From Antedon mediterranea (Eukaryota; Animalia; Echinodermata): a stretch of 64,000 nucleotides of DNA. Positions 13,478 through 25,753 of this stretch are shown piece by piece (position 1 is the first letter of the stretch; each line of letters starts with the position of its first letter). The notes under the pieces are model-generated. The model saw only the letters and a list, made by a program, of their open reading frames with translations. It made no database searches and was not told the DNA's origin. The translations under genes were made by a program, and so were the position numbers. The DNA lies in contig NC_092680.1 in the NCBI RefSeq assembly GCF_964355755.1, forward strand, positions 992,001 through 1,056,000, in the 5' to 3' direction.

Positions 13478-15407
13478 TCGCCTGAATAGGCAGGTCCCAA
13501 AAGAGAGTTTTACTATATCATATTTGAAGAATGAGATGTTAGGAAAAAGTGAAAGAATTGTCTAATGTTTCAATCAAAAGTACAGGGTTTCATTCTCCAA
13601 TTATTATTATGGTGTATTGAATATATACAATAATAATGCCTGATCACATATACAACAAATTGTTAAATGGATATCCCTAAGGAGTTACAACGTATGGTGT
13701 AATGTAAAAACTCATTAAATATTCACGTACGTGTGCATCAATGTATACATCGATGGTACCTTACAGGTCTCGGATTACCACTTGTTACTAAATTGTTTGT
13801 AACACAAAAATGCTTTATACGTTGTTATTCGTACCAATGTAACAATTTTACAAGATTTGTGTAACTCGGGTATTCGTGTACAACAATTGGTGTGTGGGTC
13901 ATTACATCATAACACAATGAGATTACAACCTTAATGCCATCAAGTCATAGAACAGATGACAAGTTTTAATATAATATTCACAATCAACATGTTATATAAA
14001 AGTACAACTATGATACTACAGTAACATCAATTAATATGCAGTCAACACAGATATATAAGTAATGTTTTAAATACACAAATAAATTTCTACACATCTCTTC
14101 GGCAGTCAAGGACATAGTCAATGTTTTATGTATACTGTATAGAATTGCAATTTTTAAAGGTTTTTTTATTTCATTCATATAATACTGACATTTGTATGGT
14201 GCAATGCCTATGATATGATACTGACATTTGTATGGTTCAATGCCTATGATTTTACCAGATTGTAAAGTTTGCAAATACAGTATACAATACAACATGAAGA
14301 TAAGAGGAGAATTAGGGATTTTTATAATGTGCTTATGTACAGTACTATACTATTAAGTAAAAATAAAAATCTTAAACAATTTAAGAGCAAAACATATATA
14401 TATATATATAATATAATATATTTATAAAAATGTTTAACTTGTTCACACAGAATTTGTAATGAAATGTTTGCCAACAGCTGATCTAAAGGTAATGTATTAG
14501 TATTTTCCAGTTACGTTGATATTATGTCATTAAATTTATGTCGTTAATTAAAATAAGTAGACAATCTTGATGAAAAATAGTAAATTAAGAAGATAAATAT
14601 ATAAATAATATAAAACATACATAAACAAATTTATTGTATGTTATTTGAATTTATATTGAATGGAAAAATTGGGTTATTGATGTATTTTAAATATTTTTTA
14701 ATTATAAAATTGTGTTAATATTTTTACTACTGTATTGAAACATATTAATTTTAATATTTAGATTATAATTAGATAGAACTATAAGCTACCCAGGGGCAGG
14801 ATATTGGCGTTAATCAGAGAATAAAAAAAAACTACACTTGTGATGTGAATATTTCAAATACACATGCATTCACATGAACAGAAAAGCAATTTACAAAACA
14901 CACAAAAGGAGCCTACTGGTAGTGGTAAAGGCCATTTCACACTCGCATACAATATCACCTGAAAATTATTTAAAGAACTTTTAGTTTCCTATAGCAGTAG
15001 GCATGCTGTGAGCATATTCACCCTGAAATTCTTACTGAGTAAAAATCTATTACTACAACACATTCTAATTCTGTAAAGCTCCATTATTTACAGTTATATA
15101 TGTGACTAACATGACCATACTACTTACTATGTTGGAGTTTACAGTTGGATTTGGACTTAAAATACTTTTAGGATTTTTTTTTCTTGTCATCCAAAATGGA
15201 AAAAATGCAATTCAAAGCATAAAGGGTAAGACACATCTTTTGCAATTTTATTCTTTTTAACTATTTGTTATTATTTGCACTGCCGACCACAATTATATTT
15301 GATATACAGTGAATAATATTATGAGAGAAGAACAACAACAGCATGGTGTTCAAATATTAGTTAGAATCAATAGAAAGAAATATAGCTATGAATTATTCTT
15401 ATTATTT

Positions 15408-18400
15408 TCAGTACGTCTCCTCTTCGTCTTCAATCTCTTCAACCTCTCCTTCATATTCTGGTTCTCCTTCTACCTCACCCTCTCCATCCTCCAGCTCTTC
15501 GGGCCTTGCAAAACCATCCTACATAAAGAAAAACATTTTAAAAATGTGTTATTGAGATTTTATACCCTAAAACTATTTTATTTTATTCAATCGAAACAGG
15601 TTTGATACAAACAAAGCCAGGACTGTTTAAAGCACTTTGATTGGTCCTAACATTGATCAAGGGCTTCTCTCGTACAGTGCCCACCTTGACCAGAGGAAGA
15701 AGTAGCTAAGGGCTTCTCTCGTCCAGTGCCCACCTTGACCAGAGGAAGAAGTAGCTAATTTTTTAGCAATTATTTATTGATACCTTGATTGGCCAAGACA
15801 TGACTTTAATATGAAAAAAAAAAATATTTAAATATCAAACAAAATAGCTGACATAGAACATCAAGCGATAACAACAAAGTTCAGTAGATATAAACATGAC
15901 ATGCAAAATTATAATTTGAAACAAACTAAAAATAAAAAATAATAGTGTATTTTATTATACAGAAAATACATTAAAAAAAAGGTATATTTACATTCACAGT
16001 AGGTGATGAAAACGTATATACCAATAATAAATAACCCATGAGTATCAAAATATGCAACTAAACTTTAAAAGATTTCCTATAAATGCTAACAGTTTTTTGA
16101 AAATATTGTATACATTGTCAACTGTAGGCTGCATTTGTATTGGTTCAGCACAGTAGATTGGATAATTTTGTAATTGGCTGTATATTTTTACATCATCCGA
16201 GCTATAATAGATATATGTAGGGAAAGTTTCTTTAAACTAGTTTGACAAAAAAAATGCGGACACATATGGTGGTGATATGCCCAAATATGGTAGTGATATG
16301 ACATCATCATGTCCATTTTTTGTCACATAAAGTTTGATAGTGTAGACACTTAGGCTTAAGGATATAGAGAAAGCGTATTTACAATACTTAGTCCTGGGTA
16401 CTAATGAATAAATAAAATATGGTACATGTTGTACTTATAAACCTACAGTACTATACTGGTGGTAATAGAAAACATGTATAAAATATCACTAGCATCACAT
16501 GCTATTTATATTACTTTGAGGATTTAAAATTATATAAAAAAAATGTCCACAAATTAAAAAACATTCCATTGAAATAACAATAAAAAAAAAAACCAGATTG
16601 ACTACAGTACTATACAAAAGCAAGCATAGATTGTGGACCTGTCAATAACTATAGTCATCTATTGGATCTCCAAGTTCTGGGAATGCGTCTGAATCATCGT
16701 CCTCGAACTCATCTGGCGCTGCAAATCCATCCTAAAGAGGGCAGCATTGATTTTATAGAAAACACAACAGAACAAATAAACCCATAACCCATTAATATTA
16801 GACAACAACAACACAAAAGGATACTGTTAAGGTACTGAAATAATGCTGTAGATTTAATTTAAAGTGTTTAAACAGAAAATTTAAATGATAAATTTATTTA
16901 AATTGTAATTTTGACAACAAATATTTTTGTATGACAAAAAATGAGTGCTGAAAAAAGGTTTAAAATATCGAGTAACATTTAAAAAAAAAATATTTGTTAG
17001 GTTTAGACACATGGTTTTAACAAGGTACGCTTTAATAAGGTTTATTGCAAAAAGTGTATGCGACGCATGGTGCATCCCATCATGCATTGTTCAATGATGT
17101 TGCGAAATCAAGTAATAAACCTTACATAAATGTAGAATGAATACTTTAGATGATCAAAAATGAATTTAAAAAACTGTTAATAAAATAGGCATAAGAATCC
17201 CTAATGGGGGAACATATACTGCCCCTCACCATTTCACACAGGGTGTCCCGAAGGAGGGCTTCTACTGGACAACAAAATTACTAAAGTATAATAAAAATAT
17301 AAAACTGAAAATACTCATACCTCTGTAGCGTATAAAATTTGCAATATTCGGTTTACGCCGTCATGATCTGTATTTTCAAATTCTTGGCAAATTACTTCAA
17401 TGTTTCTCAGTTTGTTGAAGTAAAAATCTCGTTCCTTTTCTAGTCCGTCAACAGTTAATTTTAACTCATCAACCTAAAATGAAAAGTTGTCATTTTTCCA
17501 ATTCAACTATTATACAAAAAAATAAACTTGGAGGGAATGCTAAGGATATTTTTATTTTTTAATATGTTCTCCCCTCGAAAGGGAAAAGTCCTATATCGGT
17601 TTATCCAGGAAAGCTAGTCACGTAATGGACAAATATTATCTTAAGAACCTGTGAGCTTATATAGATATTGAAAAACCTGTTTAGTGTTATACCTCATGCT
17701 GGATTTCAACTAATTTTGCATTGTTTTTTATAGAAGCTTTGGGTGATGCCGCAGTCACACGCATCGTAGTCTGTGGGCCTTTCTTTGGCTTTCCTATTGA
17801 GATAAATAAAACATGAATCAGACCAGTCAAGACTAACCTATATGAATTGCACATTGGCATTTAGTAAAATTGCTAGCCAAGTGGGCGGGTAAGAAATAAA
17901 CTCTAACCTCCTGCAACTGGGACTGCTTTCCTAGCAGGCGCTTTAGCTTTGATCACTGCTTGTTCTTCTTGTCCACCTCTAGCTTCAACCGGATCATAAT
18001 CTTGTCCCTGGTAGTTGGCGTCAAAGAACTTTTTAAACCACTGTACAAATTCAAAATTATCTTGGAACTTTGCCTTTACTAATCTTTCTACGGGGATCAC
18101 CTAAAAAAGATAAACATTAAGACACTTACACAATATGACTAAATATTAGGTGTGTAAATATTCAATAATGGTACAGAAAAAAAAACTGTATGTCCAGTAT
18201 ATTTCAGATTGAGGAATAAAAGTTCACTGTCCTGAGATTACAAGCTTAATCTTGATCTCAGACTTAGCCTAGGCTTTAATAACCTTGTCTATGACGGTTT
18301 GGGAAATAAGTCTTTATTTACAATCATCTGGTATTCAACAAGTCTAGCAGAGTAAACAGATTTATATTTCTGGCAGCTAGGATTCCTTGGAGGGTATTTA

Positions 18401-19834
18401 TCTAAAGCTTGGTTCCCACTAGCAACGCAACCTATGCAACATAAGAAAATGTTTTTTCAATAACTGCGTGAAATCAAACCTGCGATGTTTGCAGCACTGT
18501 TGCGTTGTCGGTTCCCACTTGTGATTACGCAATACATCACTTTGCATTGATACGTCGTTGTGTTGCGTTCTAGTGGGAACTATGCTTAATACCTCAAATA
18601 TAGCAATGATAGCCAACCATCAGTAAATGACTGAGTAGCCTACCTTGTCCACACCATTCTTTTTGAAGGCTCCTTGTAAGACTTTCCAGTTACTTAAGAA
18701 CTCATGCTCCAGCTTGGCACTAAATTTCACCTTCTTCATTTGCACTGTACGTGGGAACAGCATGTCCATAAATTGACAGTAAGCAGACCCTGCAAGTTAG
18801 AAAGTAGGTCACAATTCAAAACTTTTGTTGCTTTTTAATAATAGTAATAAAGAAAAAAAAACAATCATTAAGATCATTGTAAATGTATACTGTATGTATC
18901 AAATAGAAATTATTATCATAAAACTGCAGTGTGCAACCATATAGAAAACACATAGGGCAAAACGCTAATTGAAATCATCAGAGGATTGGTTTTGTTTCTC
19001 TGTGTGAAGAACCACAATCTGTATTTGGAACATTTTTAGTATCTTCAACGGCTTGCCAGGCAATGGCATATAGTAGTTGTGAGAAGTTGGCACAGCATAG
19101 ACACCGCATGTTGAATACAGTAGAACTAAACCCAACTATCATACAACGTATTGTAAGGTTTAGCAGCTCTGTTGGTTAAAATTGTCCCCTTCCTGTCTGT
19201 AGTGTACGTGTTCAATTCAGTTCAATAAACGTTCAGTTAATAACACTATGAAACTATACGTAATCCTCATTATGGCATGGAAAGCATTAATGACTTGACA
19301 ACCCATGGGAGCTGATCCCTTCTAGTATGAAGTGCTATTAATCCTCATAGTACCTACACAGCAGAGACGGCATTTTAATAGTATTCCAGTATTAATATGC
19401 CTTCAATCATTTTAAATCATCAAATACCATCATTTGCTAATTGTAGTTATTGATAGTTTTGTAGAACAATGCCTCTAAAGCTCTATCTACAAAATCAAAG
19501 ATTATGTGACAAAAATTGTGTCGTGCTCAATGTGGTAGTGATGTGCCCAAATATGGTAGTCATATGACATCATCATGTCCATATATGGGCACATCACATT
19601 TTTTTGTCAGATATGTTTAAGCGGATATAAGCTCTTGATGGCATTTGCAGCAATAAAGATATTTAATTGAATTATAAAGTTTGATAGTGCAGACAGAGCT
19701 TAACAATACTAACCTGATGACATTTGTTCAATTTTTGTGTATAATAACCCTAATGATGAGTTGATCCAATGAAGCATGTCTTGTCTACTTAGGTTATCTG
19801 ACGAACAGTTCGTGGCATATACATTCACAGCCAT
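15408..19834 (-). CDS. MAPRE1: Microtubule plus-end binding protein EB1 (MAPRE/RP-EB family), isoform with distal terminal exon
   Basis: Exons 19834-19714, 18789-18644, 18100-17908, 17793-17693, 17473-17321, 15518-15408. Reads [25 protein letters not shown] (CH domain), [44 protein letters not shown] domain [19 protein letters not shown]...ILYATE and acidic tail ...EDEEETY*. The paralog number is nominal for an invertebrate. Confidence 0.95.
15613..15757. repeat. Interspersed repeat with an internal ~51 bp tandem duplication; inverted copy at about 34921-35005
   Basis: AAAGCCAGGACTGTTTAAA...CCTAACATTGATCAAGGGCTTCTCTCGT.CAGTGCCCACCTTGACCAGAGGAA; its reverse complement occurs in a PHACTR intron. 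Confidence 0.8.
16228..16350. mobile_element. MITE family A copy
   Basis: AAACTAGTTTGACAAAA...GATATGCCCAAATATGGTAGTGATATGACATCA...TTTGATAGTGTAGACA. Confidence 0.75.
16642..16731 (-). CDS. MAPRE1: Alternative (proximal) terminal coding exon of EB1
   Basis: CCTCTTTAG acceptor, phase 0, encodes [30 protein letters not shown] minus-strand AATAAA lies at 15951-15956 with U-rich sequence downstream. Confidence 0.8.
   Translation of the reverse strand, partial: DGFAAPDEFEDDDSDAFPELGDPIDDYSY
18406..18586. mobile_element. MITE family B (PIF/Harbinger-like), complete copy with TAA target duplication
   Basis: TIRs AGCTTGGTTCCCACTAG / CTAGTGGGAACTATGCT flanked by TAA at 18403-18405 and 18587-18589. 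Related copies lie at about 45785-45947, 48720-48872, 59655-59810 and 62180-62250. Confidence 0.8.
19479..19700. mobile_element. MITE family A copy with TAA target duplication
   Basis: AGCTCTATCTACA...TTTGATAGTGCAGACAGAGCT flanked by TAA/TAA; it ends 13 bp from the EB1 exon boundary at 19714. Confidence 0.8.
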
Positions 19835-22299
19835 TTTATCTTAAATTTCTGTAGGGAAAAATATAAATCAATAAAGTCAAGAAAAAAATATATCAAGAAA
19901 TCCAAAACATCTGGGCTCCGCTGAATGAGGATGGCTACTGGATGAGGACATTGCCCCACCTCCCCTTTCGCCACCCCAACCAATTTCTGTTACAAAATAA
20001 CAATACAGACTCAGATTGAAATAAGGCAGTGAAACCAATAGCAAAGTTCTGTACTATACATGCTACCTAAAGGTACAATGACTTAAAAATGCCATGGCAG
20101 AGGTAATAAACAATGGCAGAAGTAATAAACAATGGCAGAAATAATAAACAATGGCGTGTAACGGTCTGCCATGTAATTATGCTTATTTATTTATTACAAT
20201 CAATTATTGTTTTTTTCTTTCCTGGGTGTCCTTGCTCAGCCGCAAGTAAGTAACTGTAGAGTACTGTATTGTGTATGGTTCACATAGTTGCACACTACAC
20301 ACATTATTACATGTATAGTATAAAATTAATATCTTGTTACAGGTTGCAAGATCTGGTACATATTTTTTCCTTTTTTAACTTCCTGAACAGACTATCCCTT
20401 TCATCACCTTGAAAAATCACCACATATGTCACTGATTGGTTGAATGCTAACATAAAATTTGCATAATTTACATGTGGCCAAACATTTCCAATTGGAATTA
20501 ACCAATTCTAAATTCAATTATGGAATTTACAGTGACTCAAGTCCTAAATATACTATTAGGAGTTGATTTGCAACAATCCAAGCACTAAGAACTACAGTAG
20601 TTACATAATTCATAGATATTCATAGTTAATTAATTATGTAGGAACATTGGCATACATACACAATTCCCCTGCACAATTGTAGTGGATTTTACAGTAGGTC
20701 CAGATGATTAACGACACATATCTGTCAGGTCCTAATTACTAATTACAGTACTATCAAAATAATATAAAACAATGAATATAAACACACTGAGATTTACCAG
20801 ATTGCAATGCTATAATTCCAAACAATATAAACAACACACAGTTATAAGGTACAAAACCTTTCCTCACAGAAGAAACAGTGAATAATGCTGTGATGCTAAC
20901 TAAAGAGAAGATTGTCTACAAATGGAGTGGAATCAATGGACTGAATGAAACATCTATGAAAGCAAGGCAACATGTGCTACCAATAGTAGTTGATAGTGCA
21001 TTGGAATGTTCAAGCCTGGCTAATCTAAGACAATCCCATTATTCATGGTAGTAGAGTCCATTGGCAGGCTTGTTCTTCATGACGTTGCTTGCAAGTTTTA
21101 GCCTATTGTTCTGAATTTTACAGCTTACGGCAACAACATGCCTTTACAGGACATTGCCATCAGAAATGTTATCAATCCCAATTAAAATAGTGTAGATGAA
21201 TTCTGTAATACACAGACTAGAAGTACTGTAGTGTAGTGTGGTAAAAATCTATAAAAAGTATAACTTGTAACTTGATACAAAATAGATGAATATATAAAAA
21301 GAGCTCAGAAACTGAGTGAAATGCAGAGAGTAATACTAAAATGGTAATGAATATGGTAATGAATTTAATAAAGAAAATGTTATGTTAATAATATCTATGA
21401 TTTTGATGGTATCCTTAAATCCTCTGAAAACGCTACTGACACTGTACAAAATAAATAACATATAGGCCTATGTTATTTTTTTTAACGCTCAACTGGTCTC
21501 GAGTATTTGCCATCTCTGCAATATGGCTTCTGTAGCACGAAAATCATGTCATATAACATTAACAATGTCACAGTGTCAGTGAGTAGTAGTAGTAGTAGGA
21601 GTCTGATCGTGAATAATGGTACCACCATCCTCTCTGTCTGGCTCTGTCTGTGATAAACCTAAACCCGAAAAATAATTCTCTTTCTCAGAGTACACAAACA
21701 AAATGAAGAAGACAAAGATTTGATTTAATATAGCCTAGGCTAGTAGTAGCCTAGGTTGGGCCGCCTCCTAGGCTATAATTTTCTATATTATTATTAATTA
21801 TTATTATAAAAAATAACTAAAAAAGGCTAGGCCAACTGCTGGTAAAAAAAATTACACAAACCAGAAATGGTGTTGGTAGTCTATAAGTGCTAGCTTACCT
21901 GGATAAACCGACAAATGCCATATTTCTCCTCGAAGAGCGAGATATACTCGAAAGTAGAAAATTCATTGAACACCCCTCTCTCTAAATGGTACAGTCCACA
22001 AACCTCAAGTGGGAACATCCCTACAATTCACCATCATCATTTCTCAAGACCTCTTGTCTGAGGGGATGGCGGGAGGGTGTTTATCCAGGTAAGCTAGCAC
22101 TTATAGACTACCAACACCATTTCTGGTTTGTGTAGTCTATTACGTGCCTAGCTTACCTGGATAAACCGACAAATGCCAGTGTAGCACCGGACTAGGTACT
22201 AGTCGGCGGTGGGAGACAAGCTACCAATGAGCTTTGTGTGTCCATCACTGATGTGGCTACAGGCGCAAGGTTTGCAGAGCTGTCCAAGGTAATGTGTTC

Positions 22300-23090
22300 A
22301 CCATCATGCCTCTATGGACAGATGGTGCACAACAGCGGCACTGGAAACGTTCGGTTTCTCTAGTCCGTGCATCGATATCTTTATTTTTTTTTTTTTTTTA
22401 AGCAAGATCTTGAAGCAAGACCTTGAGGCCGTACAGGAATCCACAACTCTTTAGTGGCTCCGACGGTATCCTTTTCAAAAGAGCACCTCGCTCACCGGGG
22501 GCTCTGATTCGATGCAGTTTCCCTCATGCTAGAAAACTTCATTAAGTACTAGCTGCACCCTCCACAATTACCTCTGACTTGGTTCCAAGGTAAGAGCGAA
22601 CAACTTGCCTCAGCATTTACCTGGCGCCATCGGCGGTCCAAATGCTATTATAAGCAGGCTATAAGGGTGGGTGTGTGAGAGAGTGGCTAGGACGACGTTA
22701 ACATCCCATCGAGGAATCAAGACCTTAACTGGAGGTCGTTCTCTGAACATTCCCCGTATCATCTGAGCGATAACGGGGGATGACGAAATCGTGGAACCGT
22801 CTTTTAGTGTTGGTGTCACCGCCCCAATGGCGAGCCTATAGCCTGAAATGGTGCGGACCTGAAGACCTGACTCAAATAGGTAATGCAGGAAGGCGCATAC
22901 TTGACCAAGGGTAACCAACCCTGGTTCTATTTGTTGGCGCCTGCACCATGTAAAGAAATGCTTTAATCGGCTATTGTAGACGGCAAGAGTAGATTGTAGA
23001 CGGCAAGAGTAGATTCCCGACGAGATTTCGCCGCAAGGGCGGCAGGGCCATCTGGAATGCCTGAGTCTCGGAGCTGATCCCTGAAAATGG
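22300..23090 (-). pseudogene. DIRS tyrosine recombinase remnant
   Basis: SRRESTLAVY, AFLHYLFESGLQVRTISGYRLAI and MIRGMFRERPPVKVLIPRWDVNVVL are typical of the DIRS YR N-terminal region. It is broken by a 20 bp tandem duplication (22973-23012), and the catalytic half is degraded. Confidence 0.8.
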
Positions 23091-24670
23091 CCATACAGTT
23101 AGGCGCAGGGATTGTAGGTTCTGTAGTGAGAACAGAGCTCGGCCCTGCGTCAGCAGATCCTCTCGAACTGGAAGACGCAGGGGATGATCGCAGAGCAGGT
23201 CGAGAAGCAGTGGATACCACACTTGTCGTGTCCAGCCCGGGGCGATCAGAAGGACCCGGCAAGGATGGCGCTGAATGTGTGTCAGAACAGTTGGTATTAG
23301 TGAGATCGGTGGAAACGCATAAACCCATAGACCGACCCACGGTATGGATAGGGCATCCACCGCCCACGCACGTGCATCCCGAAACCTTGTGGAGAAGGTC
23401 GGGAGCTGTGTGTTGTCTGACGTCGCAAACATTTCTATATGAGGCCGCCCGAAGTGGTCGAATAACAGTGTGGCAATGCTGGGTAGAAGGCGCCATTCCG
23501 TGTTTGTGAGGACAGAGCGTCCGCAACAATGTTGAGGCTGCCCGCATTGTGGGCAGCCAAGAGTGTGATGTTGTCTACGCCCCACAACATCAGAGTCCAC
23601 AGGTGAAAGCATAACGTCGGGGACTTCGTGCCTCCTTGACGATTTATATATGCTACCCCTGATGAGTTGTCGGAATGGATAAGGACGTGACGACCAGTCA
23701 CGTGAGGTCGAAGGGCCTTCAAGGTCCTTTCGACTGCACAGAGTTCTAGGAGGTTGATGTGGGAGCGCGCCTCCTCGACCGTCCAAAGGCCGGAGGCGCG
23801 GAGTGCCTTGGAGCAACCGCCCCAGCCTGTCTTGGATGCGTCTGTCTCTATACGGACGCCCGGCAATGATTTTTGAATTGGCATTCCCACAGTCAACCTG
23901 CCTTCTACCAGCCACCATTTGAGATGCGTTCGGATGAAGGCATTCATCGGACCACTTTGAGTAATGAGTCTAAGTGCGGTCGGTAATAAGCCAGCAGATA
24001 AAGCTGTCCTGGTCTCATACACAGCCGGCAATACGGAACTAAGGCGACGAAGCTGGCCAGACATCCTAGTGCTCTGAGCCATTCGTAAACCATCGGAGCA
24101 CGAACAGTAATTAGATTGCGTACTGCACTCATTGCAGACGTTATTCATTGTTGGGATGGACACGCCAAGCCCGTCACGAGATTTATCTGTGATCCGAGAT
24201 ATAGCGGGATTGAGTCTGCACCAGGCACGACTTTTCCCGATTTATAATGAAACCTGCCTGTTCCGTAACGATAAGGACATATTGTAGACTGCTCATCAGT
24301 CTGTCCTTAGACTGGGCCACGACCAACCAATCGTCGAGATACATGAACACTCTTATGCCATGTTAGTAAAAGAATGTCGACAGCATTCTTACTATGCGTG
24401 TAAACACGCAAGGGCCGTTGGTCGGCAAAACTACGGATTGGTAAGTTGGTCATGGATTCTGAAACGCAACCAGCGTTGATCTGCCTCGGCGATAGGGAAG
24501 TGAAAGTATGCGTCTTTCAGATCTATCAAGGCCGCCCAGTCTTCTCGTCTTAGCCCCAACAGGATGGATGAGGCTGTCTCCACCTAAACCTGTGGGGCCG
24601 AAAGAACCGCTAGTCTAGACTCATAAGGTTCAGTATGGGTCGCCATCGCCCGTTTTTTTCTCTTTCTTTG
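22971..24670 (-). pseudogene. DIRS pol remnant: RT, RNase H and DNA N6-adenine methyltransferase-like domain, disrupted
   Basis: RT motifs GRWRPILNL, IDLKDAYFHFPI and VFMYLDDWLVVA (YLDD 24331-24342); RNase H TDASKTGWGG...HINLLEL...SDNSSGVAYINRQGGTKS...NIVADALS; MT-like IEMFAT...AVDALSIPW...YAFPP. Several frameshifts and an in-frame TAA before YLDD. Confidence 0.9.
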
Positions 24671-25229
24671 CAAACAGCAAATTCACTGTGAATTGCAAGC
24701 TCTTTGTCAGACATGTTTACTCTTTCATGTCTCGAAAAGAAATGATGATGGTGAATTGTAGGGATGTTCCCACTTGAGGTTTGTGGACTGTACCATTTAG
24801 AGAGAGGGGTGTTCAATGAATTTTCTACTTTCGAGTATATCTCGCTCTTCGAGGAGAAATATGGCATTTGTCGGTTTATCCAGGTAAGCTAGGCACGTAA
24901 TAGACTGCAATATATAGGTTGGACGTGTATGTTTTGTATATAATAAATGTGGATGACTAAGATTATGGCTAGCTCTAGGCTAGGCCTAGACAGGACTACG
25001 CATATAGCAGTCAGAATCTGTTGCAGTAGCATGCTTTCCCTCACCGATACGATGCACCCCGGTCGGTGACGGTGATTCATCAAACTTACCACCTGAGTTG
25101 GTTATAAATTATTAGCAAATTTAACCACAATCAGTAAAATTAAATAACTCTAGAACATAATGTCATGACTGAAAATGAAGTAGCAGTATTTGTAATTAAG
25201 TATGTATTATTTCTCTAGACAATTCTTAC

Positions 25230-25753
25230 CAAAAACAATACTTTATTAAGATATTTCTGTCAATTTCTCTGCTAGTCGAAAGACGGGGCGGCGGTGAAAA
25301 AGTTGAAAGTTCAAATTATTTTAGCAGTTTCGTTTGGACATGCGCAATTGGAATCAGGTTGGTTATAAGTCACATGACGTAAATTATCCAATCATTTTTT
25401 TCGCCCCCAAGGTCAAACTTGTATTCGACTCGCCCAGGGATCTTATCGTAAAAGCACCGTATTTTTAAACAATTTTTCGATTGTCACTACAAAAGTAGGA
25501 TCTTTTTTAAAACAATAGTGTATCGAATTGATTGTTTTGCTATCATTATTAAAGTTCAATTGAATATGTTGATTTGATACACGAATGGAATCAGGTGGTT
25601 TATGAGGAATTATAGCGTGTTGTTCGACTCCTCTCTAGCCCAGCTAGCCTGCTGGCTTACTACGTGAATTTTAGAGAGAGGCACGAAAAGGCCACCGCCA
25701 CCGACCCACACTAAACCCAGAGATCGTCCAATCCAAGGAAGAGGGGTGTGTGA
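25230..25753. promoter_or_regulatory. Putative bidirectional promoter with non-coding first exons of EB1 (-) and PHACTR (+)
   Basis: CpG-rich patch with a minus-strand donor (CTTAC, ~25225-25229) and a plus-strand donor GAG|GTAATA at ~25754. Between them are GGGGCGG, CATGCGCA, GTCACATGACGT and CCAAT motifs. Confidence 0.5.

Larger units (their letters stand above)
21853..24906 (-). mobile_element. DIRS1-like tyrosine-recombinase retrotransposon, internally deleted, in the inferred EB1 intron 1
   Basis: 155 bp inverted terminal repeats at 21890-22044 and 24738-24892. The internal complementary region 22079-22178 is complementary to both outer ends. Minus-strand RT, RNase H, methyltransferase-like and tyrosine recombinase remnants are present; there is no TSD. 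Confidence 0.93.

Noticed and set aside
21060-21190. Possible decayed RTE/LINE fragment on the minus strand (VSCKIQNNRLKLASNV)
   Set aside because: Too short and degenerate to support without a profile search.
23087-23509. 140 aa plus-strand ORF inside the DIRS element
   Set aside because: Antisense shadow of GC-rich pol sequence.
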